A stretch of DNA of 64,000 nt. Origin: Phoronis australis. Taxonomy: Eukaryota; Animalia; Phoronida. Numbering within the stretch: position 1 is the first letter of the stretch; each line of letters begins with the position of its first letter. The notes under the pieces are model-generated. The model was given only the letters and a program-made list of their open reading frames with translations. It had not been told where the DNA came from and made no database searches. Of the stretch, positions 13,410-26,124 are shown one piece after another. Location of the stretch: the NCBI GenBank assembly GCA_002633005.1, contig NMRA01000977.1, forward strand, positions 3,288 through 67,287, read 5' to 3'. Both the position numbers and the translations under genes were made by a program.

Positions 13410-14721
13410 AAATGGCATCTACAACATTGGAATTTAAGGGCATTTCATCATGGAAAGACGATATTCATGAGTGGCCAAATGTTATGTATGGAGACATTTA
13501 CAATTATTTGGTTGAATCAAAAGCAGTTGATGAAATGAAAAACTTTAAAAGCCTAGAATCATTCACTTACTTCCAGAGTGGATGCGTTGATAAGATTTTA
13601 CACCATAATTTGGACAAGGACACCGTGGTTCAAGTGTAATGTCAGACCATCTCAAAACATTAATAATGAGTGGAACTCAGTCTGCATAAAAGCATTGAAT
13701 AGTGGTGAAATATTGTCTGGCACTTGCAAATGTATGGCCGGATTACCAAAGACATGCAGTAACATTGGTGCTGTCTTGTGAAAAATTGAACACGCTGTTA
13801 GAATGGGAATGACGGGCGCAAGCTGCACTGATATGTCTGCAAACTGGAATAAGGGAACAAAGCGGAGTATAGAACCAAAAGCTTTAAATAAAATAGCTTT
13901 CAAAAAAAACCAAAGTTGCAGACTGTGATAATGCCTGTGCTAGACGGGATCTGCCTATGTTTTCATCTCAGGCATTCCAGGAACATTGTAAGAAATCAAG
14001 CTTGTCTTCCTTAATTCGGTTAAAAGGGACAGTGATGAAGAAAGTGTTCAGTAGCATCCTATTATCCAAGACAATTACAGTAGAAACACATGCGTCTCAC
14101 GATACAGCACTGGAATGTGCAAAGTGCATAGCATTTTATTGCAAATATGTCAACTTGCCACATGAAAAAATTAGTTCTTGCAGTCGCAACTATTCAGCAA
14201 AGTGATTCTGACTTCTGGAAGGACTCCAGAAAAATCAGGATTTAACAAGAAGTGTTGCACATAAATTTCCTGTGAAAGAAACCACCGACGCCACAAACTT
14301 TTTACGTGAACACTTCCATCCCAGTTTTACAGGCAACCATTTTACTAAGTACGGGAGTCTGAACGAAGTGAAAACCTTGGACTGCCTCAGCAAGTCATTC
14401 ACTATTTCCCACACTGGCCTCTCAGTTTCCCCTTCAGAAAACTGGTTAGCAGCAAGCCCTGATGGAATTATAAATGGGGATACATTGTTGAAAATAAAAT
14501 GCCCAGTTCCAACTTCATGGTCTACCTTACACGAACTCATATCATCAAATAAATATGACGTTGTTTTCAACAATGGTGCTGCTACTCTTAAGGTCAAAGG
14601 TCAGAGAGGATACTACATGCAAATGCATTTAACCATGTTTTGTCTTAGACTTAAGAAAGCAAAACTAGTTTTGTACAGAACTGACAATGACTTTCTTATC
14701 GTAGAATGTGCCATACAGTGA
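13410..14721 (+). pseudogene. SWIM zinc finger + YqaJ (lambda-exonuclease-like) accessory protein, frameshifted
   Basis: WPNVMYGDIYNYL..KSLES; CKCMAG....CSNIGAVL (SWIM-like); FTGN..TKYG..NE, WLAASPDGII, KIKCP, YYMQ (YqaJ); internal stop and frameshifts. Confidence 0.88.
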
Positions 14722-14849
14722 AAGCTTTGTTGAGCAAACTGTTGCGCGGTTGCGTACATTTTACTTTCAGAAATTTCTTGAACCACTGGTGGACGAAGTT
14801 TAGGCTAAGAGAATTGACTTTTGCAGAGCATTCACTGATTTCATAACTT

Positions 14850-16331
14850 GAAGTATTTTGAATGTTTTTCCAGATCAGATCAGCATGTAGGTTCACAAGC
14901 CCAGCACAGACAATCAAGTAGTTATCCACTGATTTTGTGCTTGACACTGGAATGATTGTACTCAAAATTTTGAAAACTTTGAGTCTTCGTATTGCTCGCT
15001 CCATATGGATTCTTACTGTGGCAATGTGCCGTGTTTTTTTTCAGATCTTTTTGACTAAACTGTGACTTACCTTTGGTGAAAGCTGGTATGTTTAACTTAA
15101 CTCGTCTTGGAAACAGTAAGTCATCAATAGTAAAACCTCTATCTGCCATAACTTCTTCATTGGGTAAAAGGTATTCCAGAAATCCACATTTTTCTACAAT
15201 GTATTTGTCACTACACCTACCCCCAAATGCTTTAGATATGTACATGATGTACCCATTTGGTGCAATTGCCACCATATACTTTGCAGTATTGTGTGATTTG
15301 TACTGGCTATATGTTTCACCCCTACATCTGAGATTGGATGGTCGTTGTAGGAATGTTTCTGCGCAGTCAATTATGCATGTTGTGTTAGGATAATTTTCTT
15401 TAAAGGATTGTGGCATAGTCGACTGTATGGTGTCTCGTGGAAGCCAACACACCAAGTCTTTTAATTTATCTGCTAAAGTAGGTAACCAAGAATTGAAAAT
15501 TCTGCACGTCATAGTTTTCAAAATCCCAAATCTCCGGCAAAGGTCATCATATAATAAATTAAGTTTGAGTCGCATCAAAACTAAAAGAACCTGGTCTTCT
15601 ATATCAAGTTTGAAACCAAAGTTGTTACTGTCATGTAAAGAGGCACACAGAGTAAAAAACGATGCCTGTATATAACAAGGAGTCAGTGTCTCTGCGTATC
15701 ATATGTTTAGTAGTAACAACACCATCATCCAAATTGTCGATGTCACACTGTGTTGCTATTTCGCTGGTGTACAATATTGGTGTTTGAGCATATTTCTCTT
15801 GACACTGTGTCCATTCTTTGCTGTAACTGTGGTCCAAGCTTGAAATGGAACATTCTGAATCCATGGTTTCCGAATTGTCCGCAGTATCAGGCAGTGTCTC
15901 ACTGGTCTCAGATGCAACATGTTCGACCACGTGGGTGTTTTTAGATACGTGTGCATCATCATCTTCACCAGTAGTAGCTGATTTTGTGAGCTTCAAAACT
16001 TTCCTGCGACCAGGTTTTACCTTTCTGGCATATCCCATGTTTAGCTGAGGCACAGGATTTCTTTCTGTTGGCTCACCATCCACAAAATGAGTGGAACAAA
16101 CAAAGACATTTTTTGGTAATCTGTCTCTGTTAATGGACTTCTGCCACAGTAGTCTCAATTCACTGTTTTGTTTACCTGATGGCATTCTGTGTAACTTGTA
16201 GGGTTTTAAACATGGACTGTCTTTGTGCATTTGACCATGGTGTTCATCACAAATTTCTGTCTCCCAACGTTTCAATTTCACCCAGTTGTTGTCAGACAGC
16301 TTGTTACAGCACAGTTATTACCACTGGGCAT
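14850..16331 (-). pseudogene. THAP domain + HTH + Harbinger-type DDE transposase, frameshifted
   Basis: MPSGNNCAVTSC..W.KSINR..VCSTHF..PVP (THAP); DHSY motif; IIDCAE, YSQYKSHNTAK, GGRCSD, MADRGF, MERAIRRLKVFKIL; possible 5'UTR intron ~16397-16597; 3' end approximate. Confidence 0.92.
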
Positions 16332-17070
16332 TTTAAACAATTTTTAGTGGAGATGAAAGTTGAACAGCTCTATTTGTATACTTGTAAAACACTCCTGAAA
16401 AGATGCAAACAAGAATTTCAAACCCCCTTGAAATATGGTATATTAAAATTATCAGTTAGACGGTAATGTATTTATTTTTCTATATGTCAGTCCAACAATT
16501 TTAACTTTTATTATTGACATTTATGTAATTGTATACATCTAGTAATTTACAAATATTTCTTCTGTCAAATGTATTGCATGAAAAAATCAACACTTACCAG
16601 GAATATCAATGATTTCAAATCTGCTGATCTGCTTCCAAATAAACAACATAAGCAAACACAGCAGCTGGGATGGTTTGCTTTACAGACAGACTTTACTGAC
16701 TCCAGTGTTTATCTGACATGGCATTAATGGCGTGACCTCAATATGGCGCTGCCCAGGCATTGGGCAATTTCCTAATGGAATCTGTCTATAGTCTATGGTG
16801 GAACCAACTGTGCACATGGACTGAGCTTACCCAGCAGGAGATCACTCATTTCATAACAAATACAAGAGAAATGCCACAGTGATTGACAGCTCTATAAGCA
16901 GAATATGTTAAGTAGGAAACAATATAGCAATAACTGGTGCAAGTTCATGAAACCCTGCAACTCATGACAAGACTAGGAAACACTAGAAATCAACACCCAT
17001 GGCAGAGTATTGTAAATGTGAGACCACTAGTCCTCCCAGTAGAATGATTCAAACTATCCCAGAGTAGAAA

Positions 17071-17580
17071 CTATAGTTCACTCAATTCTGACAGATCCTT
17101 GACACAGGTTACCGTGGTGTCAAGACGTGTAATAATAACTTTACCCACAAATGTCCAGCAGCTCAGAACAGACTGTCGCTTGACTAAGTCGCGGCATTTC
17201 CTGAAAACCTGCGCTCTTTTTGGGGTTAAGTTCTCGTTCACAAACAAAGGCTTGTCTGATTTGTATAATGCTTTTCGATTCACAATGAACTTGGTTCTTG
17301 CATTGAACGAGACAAAGTTCACAATGATAGGTCTTGCTTTACTTGAGGCAGAAGACTCGGAGGGGGGGGTGCGCCAAGACGATGGCTGAGACTAATGCCT
17401 CTGATATTAATCTCGGCGCTCATATGCTTAGCAAGAGAAAGTATAATGTCATCCATGTTCTCACCTCTTATCTCTTCATAACCACTTACTATGAGACTGT
17501 TTCGACGGTCATAGGCTTGTTGTTCATCCAGCATAACTTAAAGGTTTTCGATCGTGTGCTCAAAATGACTCTTCATGGCG
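17071..17580 (-). pseudogene. LINE ORF1 remnant (CR1/L2-type)
   Basis: EQQAYDRRNSLIVSGYEE..SHRLG..PIIVNF..LFVNENLT..R....R..CWT..GKV pattern typical of invertebrate LINE ORF1; frameshifted. Confidence 0.8.
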
Positions 17581-19234
17581 GCAGNTGTTTGCCGGGACCG
17601 CTTGCGCGCTAACGGTGCCGCAGTGCGATATCAGGGATATTGTCGTGGATATTTGGTACATGTAATAAGGACATCTTATGGGAAAAATAAACAATTTTTG
17701 TCCACCACAAAGTTTGGTAAGTTGATCGCTTAAGAATTAGTAGAAACACCATTGTTTTGTGAAGTTTTCACGTGTTAAGCAGTGGCCCGAAACTTTCTTC
17801 GGCGAATCCGGGAATTTACAAAAATGGCCGAAAGTGTTAGCCAATGAAACGCGTCAAAGATCGATTCTGCATATCCCATGTTCACGCGACTTGCTTACAA
17901 ATCATCGGGAGGGCTGTTGTCGGTTAGTGTTCTTTTGATCTTGGATTTGGCAACAACCAAATAATTAACGGTTGGATTAACAAGAGCTGCTTTGTATTAG
18001 CCAGGTATATGTTGAGAAGTGTAAAAACTCAGCTCGCATTGGTTGGAAATTCCAGGTCGCATTTTGCGACTTGATACGAGCTGACGAAAATCTCAGCTCG
18101 CATTTCCAAATTTCAGGTCGCAAATGCGACCTGCAGCTCGTTATGTCGAGCCCTGGTTAACTGCCTCCTAGTAAAGTGAACTATATTTACTGTTGATAAA
18201 ATCAGGCTCTGATTAGATGCTGACTGCTAAAGTACGAAGTCAGCCAAGGTTTTAAACCTGACTCGGCAATTTTTAAACTTGACGTTCTTTCCCCAAACTC
18301 GACGCGGCAAAATCCAAACTTGTTACCGCGTCGAGTCAAAAAAGGTCGTGGAGAACACTGTGGTGTGGAGAACAGTGAAATTTTTTTGGACACCGTGATT
18401 CCATTGGGCAGAAAACACTGTAACCTTTGGTATGTGCCATCTGCATACACTAAGGTTTGCTGGCTACCAGTGAGGACATATTGGTAAAGTCAAGGTTAAC
18501 TGAATGGTTGCTTGCTGTAGTTTTAAGTGGTGATTTAATATGATGGTGCTTTATTCTGTGTTAGCTGTGCTGTTATTAAACTTCGTACTTGGGCTGACCA
18601 TTTCTTGTGTGCATCTCCTCTCTAAATCTGACTTGCAGGGTTGACTTTGGGGTAGCATTAGTATCCACAATGTTTGTGTTAAGTTGCACACTATTAGAAC
18701 TATTAATGTTCTTGTCAATGGTTATTTCCCCTTTTCTCAACTTGCAACTTTGACATTGTTGTTGAACATGCTTTCTTCCAAGTGAGAGTTTGATGTTGAG
18801 GTGTATTACTGGATGAAATATCCGTGTCTGTGCTGTTTTTATTGACATGTACGTTATTACATCTACCAGTGCCCTCGGTGATTTTTGTCCCTTTGCCTGG
18901 TTTGTTTAGTTGGAGTTTTGGCTTTAAAAACAAGTTGTCAATTACAGACCTTTCTTAATTAATATTGTCTCATGAATATTAGGAAATCCAAAGCGAGGTA
19001 TTCGAATGCATTTTAAGGCCCTTTCATATTGACTTAACTGCGGTCTGAACGGTGCGTCGACGTAAACGGCGCAGTTAACTGGACGTTCATACTGGCTTTG
19101 GTAGTTAATGAACTTCGAAGTAAGCGGTTGGTGCCGCTGTCGTCATCGAAGTTATTACAAGGTAGCGCTGCACGCTAAGATTTTTCATTGTTAAGTTTGG
19201 AAACATTTACATGTGCTAAATGGCATTAAACTTA

Positions 19235-20596
19235 CCGTATTCGCCGTAATAACCGCCAAGGGCACTTAGAAAAGTAAGGTTCAGGGGTGGGGGGTGCGCT
19301 TATTATAACCCAAGGCGGTTGAAACCCGGTCTCCTAAACGGGTGAAATCGGAAGCTAAGATTCATCAAATTTACGCTCTGTGACGTATATGTAATCTATG
19401 AAAGACTTTCAACAAAACTGTGGTGCATTGCTATCAAACTTTGCTCCTAAATTACGATCATTTTACAGAAAATTATGCTGAAATCCCAGGGCGAAAACTC
19501 GCCGACTGACTGCCTCAAAATCGCCGTCTTTGATATGGCGACTTCAATGCTTGAATAAAAACAGTTTCGACTCAAGCAAATTACCTGAAATCCTCAATAA
19601 GTTTTTTAAGTAGCGTCCCTAAGACTTTTTTTTAAGTTCCCGTGGAGTCTGGGTTAACGGCAGGTTTAAGTACAAATCTGTGCAACATCGGCAACACGGC
19701 GAGAAAAATGTCTGAACGAACACACATGTTGTTGTCATGTGACGTTTGTTTTGAAGTTCGTCTGCGAGTAAGCGAGCGCGTGCGTGTCACCAGAGTTCAT
19801 TTGCCAAAGAAGAGACCGTCTTTTGGCCAGAGCCACGCAATCTAACTAGCTAGTTGTGTCTAAAGAAATTTGCACAAGCAGTAGGCCTATACCAGAGCGT
19901 GTTTCATTCAGTACTTGCCGGTTTCGTGCTGAAAACTTTCGACATTTGTCTCAGTAAGGCCCATATTAGTCGTCGTGTAGCTGGATGCCTACGTAAATAT
20001 CTGACAGTTATTTTTCGGTGTAAGGGTGTGTAAGCATTCACTGTCAGTTGTCATTTTATCGGATATTCGGCTTAAAAACACCAATTATGGTTAATCAAAC
20101 AATCCATCTCAAAAATAACGCAAACGTGTTTTATAGTATTAGAAATTGTCGGAAATTAGTGCCAATATTCATTTCTTGCCGAAGCTATGCTACCCGTTTC
20201 ATGAATGGATAGTTCCCGACTAATGTCTTTGATGACAGGTTCATGTATGTAGCGCGCTTCTTGGCCATGTGCGTTTAACACAGAGTTATTTTTATTCATG
20301 AGACAGTCGATGTGTCTACTGAAAGGTCAGACCATAGTTCTTTTTGAAGCGTGGCGTTACTTTGGAGTGTAAAGTCATGGCTAAATACAAACATAGCAGT
20401 GCCGCTGGTGGTCTAGTAGACCCTTGCAAAATTTTTTTGATAAATTGAAGACCGTTACTGTAGCCGAGTTTTAGGACTGTAGGTACGTCATTGTTCGCAT
20501 GTACACGTTCATGGACAGGGCGCTTATTTCAGCAAAGTCTGAAAACGTGTGGGGGAGCGCTTATAGGGGAATGGGCGGTTATTACGGCGAATATGG
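19235..20596 (+). mobile_element. Tc1/mariner-type non-autonomous element, full copy
   Basis: TA|CCGTATTCGCCGTAATAACCGCC ... GGCGGTTATTACGGCGAATATGG|TA. Confidence 0.9.
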
Positions 20597-23500
20597 TATT
20601 TTTAACGACGGCACTACCTTGTACCTGTTGACGATAACAGTGGCTCCTGGCGATAACTTCGATTGGAGCGAAGTTAAGCGTTCATACTGCACCGCACCTG
20701 ATATCTGCGATCACACGAGGCTTATACTGATAAACTACATCATGCAGCCTCCTCTGTGCTGGCTGATAGTGACCTTACACTAGTTCCAAACATACATGTT
20801 ACATTTAGCTTTGTGGAATCTTATTCTAAAAAGTTTTCATAGTCATCTGGCAAGAATTACCTGTCCAAAGGGCACAAGTACTCCAGTGAAAGTTACACAA
20901 CTTCATTAAGAAGTGGACACTTTTACTGGCTGCATAATCATTCTTCAGTTGTAGCTGTCAGCTGGTCAGGCATAGTAACACTACATAGTCTATTTCATTG
21001 GATTTTTGTTTCCCAAGAAGAACTCAAAGATAACAATGAGTGGTAAGACCACTGGCTTAATTATGGTAAAAACATTTAGTGGTGTCAGTTTTATTTGTAA
21101 ATTCATTACATTATTTCGTCAGTCATTGATTCAATATTGTTTGGGACATGGATTGAACATGACGTTTCACTTAATTACTCGTGTTTTCAACCAATCCACA
21201 GTGGTCTCTTGTTGTTCTTCATGTCTGGATAGTTTAAATACTGTAAACTAAGATAATAATATTATTTAACACCTGAAGCACAAGGTGGGTCATTTATTCT
21301 TCAGTTTCTATCTCTTGCTTGATTACCCTGGAAACAGACTTGGACATATTTGATAGTGATGTTGTCACTGGCCCTGACCAAAGTTATTTTAGTTGAAATC
21401 TAACATGGCCATCATGAGGTGTAATCACTGTTATGAGCCAAAGGTACATTCTAATCAGGGTGATAAAAATAATTGACAGAGTAATATTACTCTGGATAAG
21501 TCTTGTTGCAAAACCACAAGTATGGTATCATTCATTCACAATAGGGCCTCCCAAGTTTGCTTAAAACATGCAACTGTCCACAATTGATTTACTGAGCCAG
21601 TATTGTTCAAGGAAATTGAAGTGTATGCACAAGTGATTAATTGTCCTTGATATGCCTAATGACTATTATCATGTATTCTCAAACTGGCTATTTGTTACCT
21701 TTTTCTTGTTTCCTCTGAAATGGAGTGATTTTCAGTTTTGAACCCTTATCACTGAGTATCTTATTAATTAAAAATATTTTATCAGCCATCACGCTGCCAT
21801 TGTTCTAGTAAGTCAGTTTAGTGTAGCCACATCTGATATTGAGCCTGTCTATAGTGACCATACAAGTGTCATTGAGCCACGCGAAGCTTAACAGGCTGTG
21901 AAGAACATTCTGAGTTTGTCATCATTCACCAGTGAGTTTGGCTGTAGATTTGCCCAGGTCAGTATTTTCACTTTCTGTTGCTGCTGAGCAACTGATACGT
22001 TCAGCTCCAGAAATCCTTATATGAAGGTACAGAAAAACGAAAAATTCATCAAGGGAACTATAATTAATAATTAATACACTGAGGTCTACAAGCACTCCAG
22101 TATTTCTTCATCACTGTATTACGGTTCAAACTGATAACCTGTGAAACCGTTCACGATCCACCTGCAAAGTCTTCGTCGGATGAGTCGGGATTGTGAGTTG
22201 CCATGTTGATGTTTATTATTACTGAGCCTTCTGTTTCAAAATGAATTATTCTCACCCTAACCAATACTTAAATAAAACTGAAACAAAGTCTATCTCATAG
22301 ATATTATTTGTAATGCCTTTGGAGTGTTTGTGAGTACAATGATTTGAGAAGCCAGCAATGAATAAATCACTGCGTTATCTGCTTAAGGTGCAATAAAACT
22401 AATTGACCGGACACCAGGCTGTGTGAGCGCATGATAATTCAGTGTTTGTTGACAGAAACTGTTGTGAAACAATAACTCGATTTTCTATCCCACAGCCAGG
22501 TGTTAGGGGAATCTTGATTTACATATACATTATTCAAATAATGATTGTCAATGTACAACTTCTGCCCTGACGGTTCTGTGGCCAAAGGGGAACTTGAATT
22601 CACGGCCTCCTACGAGTAAGTAAAGTAGATTTGCAGTTTCGTGGCTAATTCACCAACATAATGACGTGCACATTACTTCTTTGGCTCACTAGTATAGTAT
22701 TTTCTTGGCAGGTTAACGTTCATGATGTCTTCACTCCGGCTGCGACGGGACTGATCGGGTTCCGAACAACTGGCCGGGATAACAAGCGTTCTGTGTGTTT
22801 AGAACTCAAAAAAAATCACAATTCTAAACAGCACAGATCTATGTTCTCCTGTCTGTATTTCACGGAAGAATACTTTGAATTTATCTCCGAACAGACCCCA
22901 AACTCCTGCTGCAGACCGTGGTAAATTGGCCTAGGCCGAACTTTGTAGGCTACGGTGTGTCCAAATACCAATAAATCCGTAACAGCGAAATAAAACAACA
23001 TGTTTTTATAAGAATTCGGTGTATTTTTAAGGGTTTTACATCGATGATTTATTGGTGTTAATGATGAATTCAATGATAAGGTGACACCAGTAACCCGTGT
23101 TGTGAACTGCTGAACAGATTGCGTGTGAAACCAATGAAGTCATTGGATAATTTCAACACCTCCGTCTGCCTTCAGGTTTCAGGTAACGCAACCGAACGTG
23201 CTGTTATCGAGTAGAACTACTCGATCCAAATTGATACCAAATAGGTTGTTTTTTGGGTGGCATGCTCCTTTAAGTGGGCTATCAGCTTATCCACGATTGT
23301 ATTATTGTGCACTCTGCAGGCAGTGGCTGGCTAACAACTTGAGGCCCTCAAGTCACTCAGCAAGGTACTGGAGGAGTAGGAGGGTGCGTGGTTGTTGTTG
23401 GCTAATGTTGGACCATGTTGTTGTTAGACCGTGTTGCGCTGATGTTGGACCATATTGCTCTCTTTGGGCTTCTCAACCTTTGATTCGCTCTTGAAATAAA

Positions 23501-25053
23501 AAGACTAAGTTGGTTAGAAGTCATTCCTAACCTTAATAATATTCATTTGAAGATAATTAGTAATACTTGAGCACTCTATACAGAGCTGGCATTCTAGGCA
23601 TGGCTTTCAAGTGCAATAAACTTAATTCCTTTCACAATTCATTACCAATTTATTTACCCCAATGAAATGGCTGTCTGGCAGAAGGTGTTTTCCATTGTAT
23701 TAGGTAGGTGTGGTTGGTGTGTGGTCGGTGCCGCTTATGATGTCTTCGTTGTTAGACATGAGTCCAGCCCTCAGATGTCTCAGATTTTGGTTTGGGTCAG
23801 TGTTTGAGATACTTCCTAGCTGGCTGGCTACAGTTAAGATCTGCAGTGCGCACTTCGACTAATGGAATTCTGATACTGACGGCCCATATCGGAATATAGT
23901 TTTTGATTGAATTGAAAACATTCAATTGAGTACAAATTCTTATTATTCGGTATGTTTTCGTGCAATCCAGACTTTATTTCATAGTTTTAATTTATTACAG
24001 ATACTCACAACGCTGTGTTGCTATTAAATTTTTAATATTTTGAGGTTGACCAAGTCAAAATGGCGGCAACTACGGGTTGCAGGATTATTTTGAAAATTAG
24101 TTTCTAATATAAAATTTTCAATGAATTTGATTATAATTGCTTTGTACGAAAAGATCAAGCTGATATGAGTTGTAACATTTCCAAGTATTTTGCACCAAAT
24201 TAAACTGCCTAGATTGTCGCCGATTCCAGTATGGACACACACTCAACAGCGGCCCGGATTGAAATTGTACACCTTTCACACCTCCAGCTTCAAGAAGACA
24301 TACATGAATGCAAAGTTCCTGACATCAATTTTTTTTTTGTATCAAGCAAACAACACTTTATAATAAACATTGTGAAAATTGCCTGATAACAATTCAGACG
24401 TAGCTTTTTCTCCGACTGTTTTGGCGACCCCAGTCATGCCGGCTCCTGGGATTCATATACAGGTCTGTATTAGAATATGTGCTAAATAATTGAATAAAAA
24501 ATTCTGAAGGTTATTATTTCGAACATGTTTAATATTAATTGATATGAAATGAACAATTGATGTGTTTCCTTGATTTTCCAAGTATTTTGCATTAAATTAA
24601 ACAGCCAGTCATCGCTGATTCCAATACGCTAAACGGGGTTTGTGATGGGTCTACTGTATTGTAAAAAGCCTACTTAATTAATGACTGGGGTACGCTATGA
24701 CACCTTATGTTGATGTTTTTCATCAAAATATGAATTTTAGATATAAAAATAGTCATTTTGGCACCATTTTAGGCCTTTAAGTATACCTCTGATTTCATGA
24801 CAAGTTTAATGTAGCATGAAAGTAGTGCTTTTTAATTTAATATTTCTTAATTGCTACAGAATAAATGTGCAATTTTTATTTTGTTTCCCCATTATTTTAA
24901 TTTTATTTCATTTAGATGGTTCTGTCCACTTAAAATCTAAAATTAGAATGAGTTAAAGTTATGAAAGCTCAACTCAACAATAAGAGCTTTGTTTATCAAT
25001 TGAGAATCCTTTTGCAAGTTTATAACAATAACACGAGATTATGTGAGACTTAA

Positions 25054-26124
25054 CTGTGACGTCACGGGAAGTGGGGCAAAAGCTTGTCGTTTGGCCATTT
25101 GTCCAATACGTTAGCAGAGTGTATTCTGTTATTGTCTTCGAGTTTTTAGCCGTTTAGTTCGAAAAATGCCAAACAAGCATTGCTGTTATGGCTAATGAAA
25201 TTCAGATTCGAACTACAATACGTTCTATCGCGTTCTGTGCTAATTTCGTCCCGTGTATTTTAAACGGGAGGTAAGTGAAATCCGCTCTCTGATAAGTTTT
25301 CACCTCGTCAAAAATACATTTTACACCTAAAATTATCACCTAAAACTGTGCTTACTTCCTTCAGTGATCCTTTCTGCTTCTAAACATATCTTCAATGAAG
25401 CATAGCTACGGGAATTCAGGTGACTTTGGGAAGAATTCCAACTCCACTTTGTGGGTAGCCTACTGTTAACTTTGACCGCGCGCGCGATAAACACAAAGTA
25501 TTTCAACTGAGTCAGGGGAGTATGAGGCAAAGGCTAGCGCGAGACTGAGCGAAGCGCGAGACCTGGGGCGTGACACTTGCAAAATAGCATGAGAAAATAT
25601 CAAGTGAAATTTGTAAGATTTGTCTCCCTTGGACTTTTTTCGTCAACAGGCGTGATTTCACGTAACTTCCTCAAAATGGGGCCCCGTGAGAAAAACTCGA
25701 GCGAACCGTGAGGTTTTCATGGATATGTTCAAGTTATTTGTTGACTAAATTGTATCCAGAGTATGTGTTAATTATAACTCCATGTGCACATATGCATGTT
25801 TCATTTGATTTTATTTGCTGTATTTTGAAGTGAGTAACTTTTTATGGGGATACACTATCGCCCCTGTATGCCTGCGGCAAGGCCTAGACCGGGTTGAGTT
25901 CCAATTTCAGTCCGTTCACACCTTCGAACATCATAACAAGTTCACATTTTCTTCATCCATTCACAGTTATTCCACAATCCATCTACCATCTTTTAAGTTG
26001 TGTTAACGTTTTAAGCGTAAAATTCACCATAAGAACTCCAGTAAGATTTAGCGTGTGTAGCAAAGACTTGGGGCAAAACAAGAGCAATATGGCGGGTTTT
26101 GCCCCTCTTTCCAGTGAGGTCCTA
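25054..26124 (+). mobile_element. Deletion derivative of a THAP-encoding (ISL2EU/Harbinger-like) transposon
   Basis: Imperfect TIRs GACGTCACGGGAAGTGGGGCAAAA / TTTTGCCCCTCTTTCCAGTGAGGTCC; ATG at 25166 reads MPNKHCCYG**NSDSNY, resembling a THAP N-terminus. Confidence 0.5.

Larger units (their letters stand above)
12911..16787. mobile_element. ISL2EU-type (PIF/Harbinger-related) DNA transposon, full-length, decayed
   Basis: AT|AGACAGAT ... ATCTGTCT|AT (12-bp inverted match 12907-12918 / 16780-16791); two convergent genes: THAP-DDE transposase and SWIM-YqaJ exonuclease. Confidence 0.85.

Noticed and set aside
13410-14721. Phage or bacterial contamination / recent horizontal transfer of YqaJ
   Set aside because: It sits inside a TIR-bounded eukaryotic transposon with SWIM and THAP partners and spliceosomal intron signals
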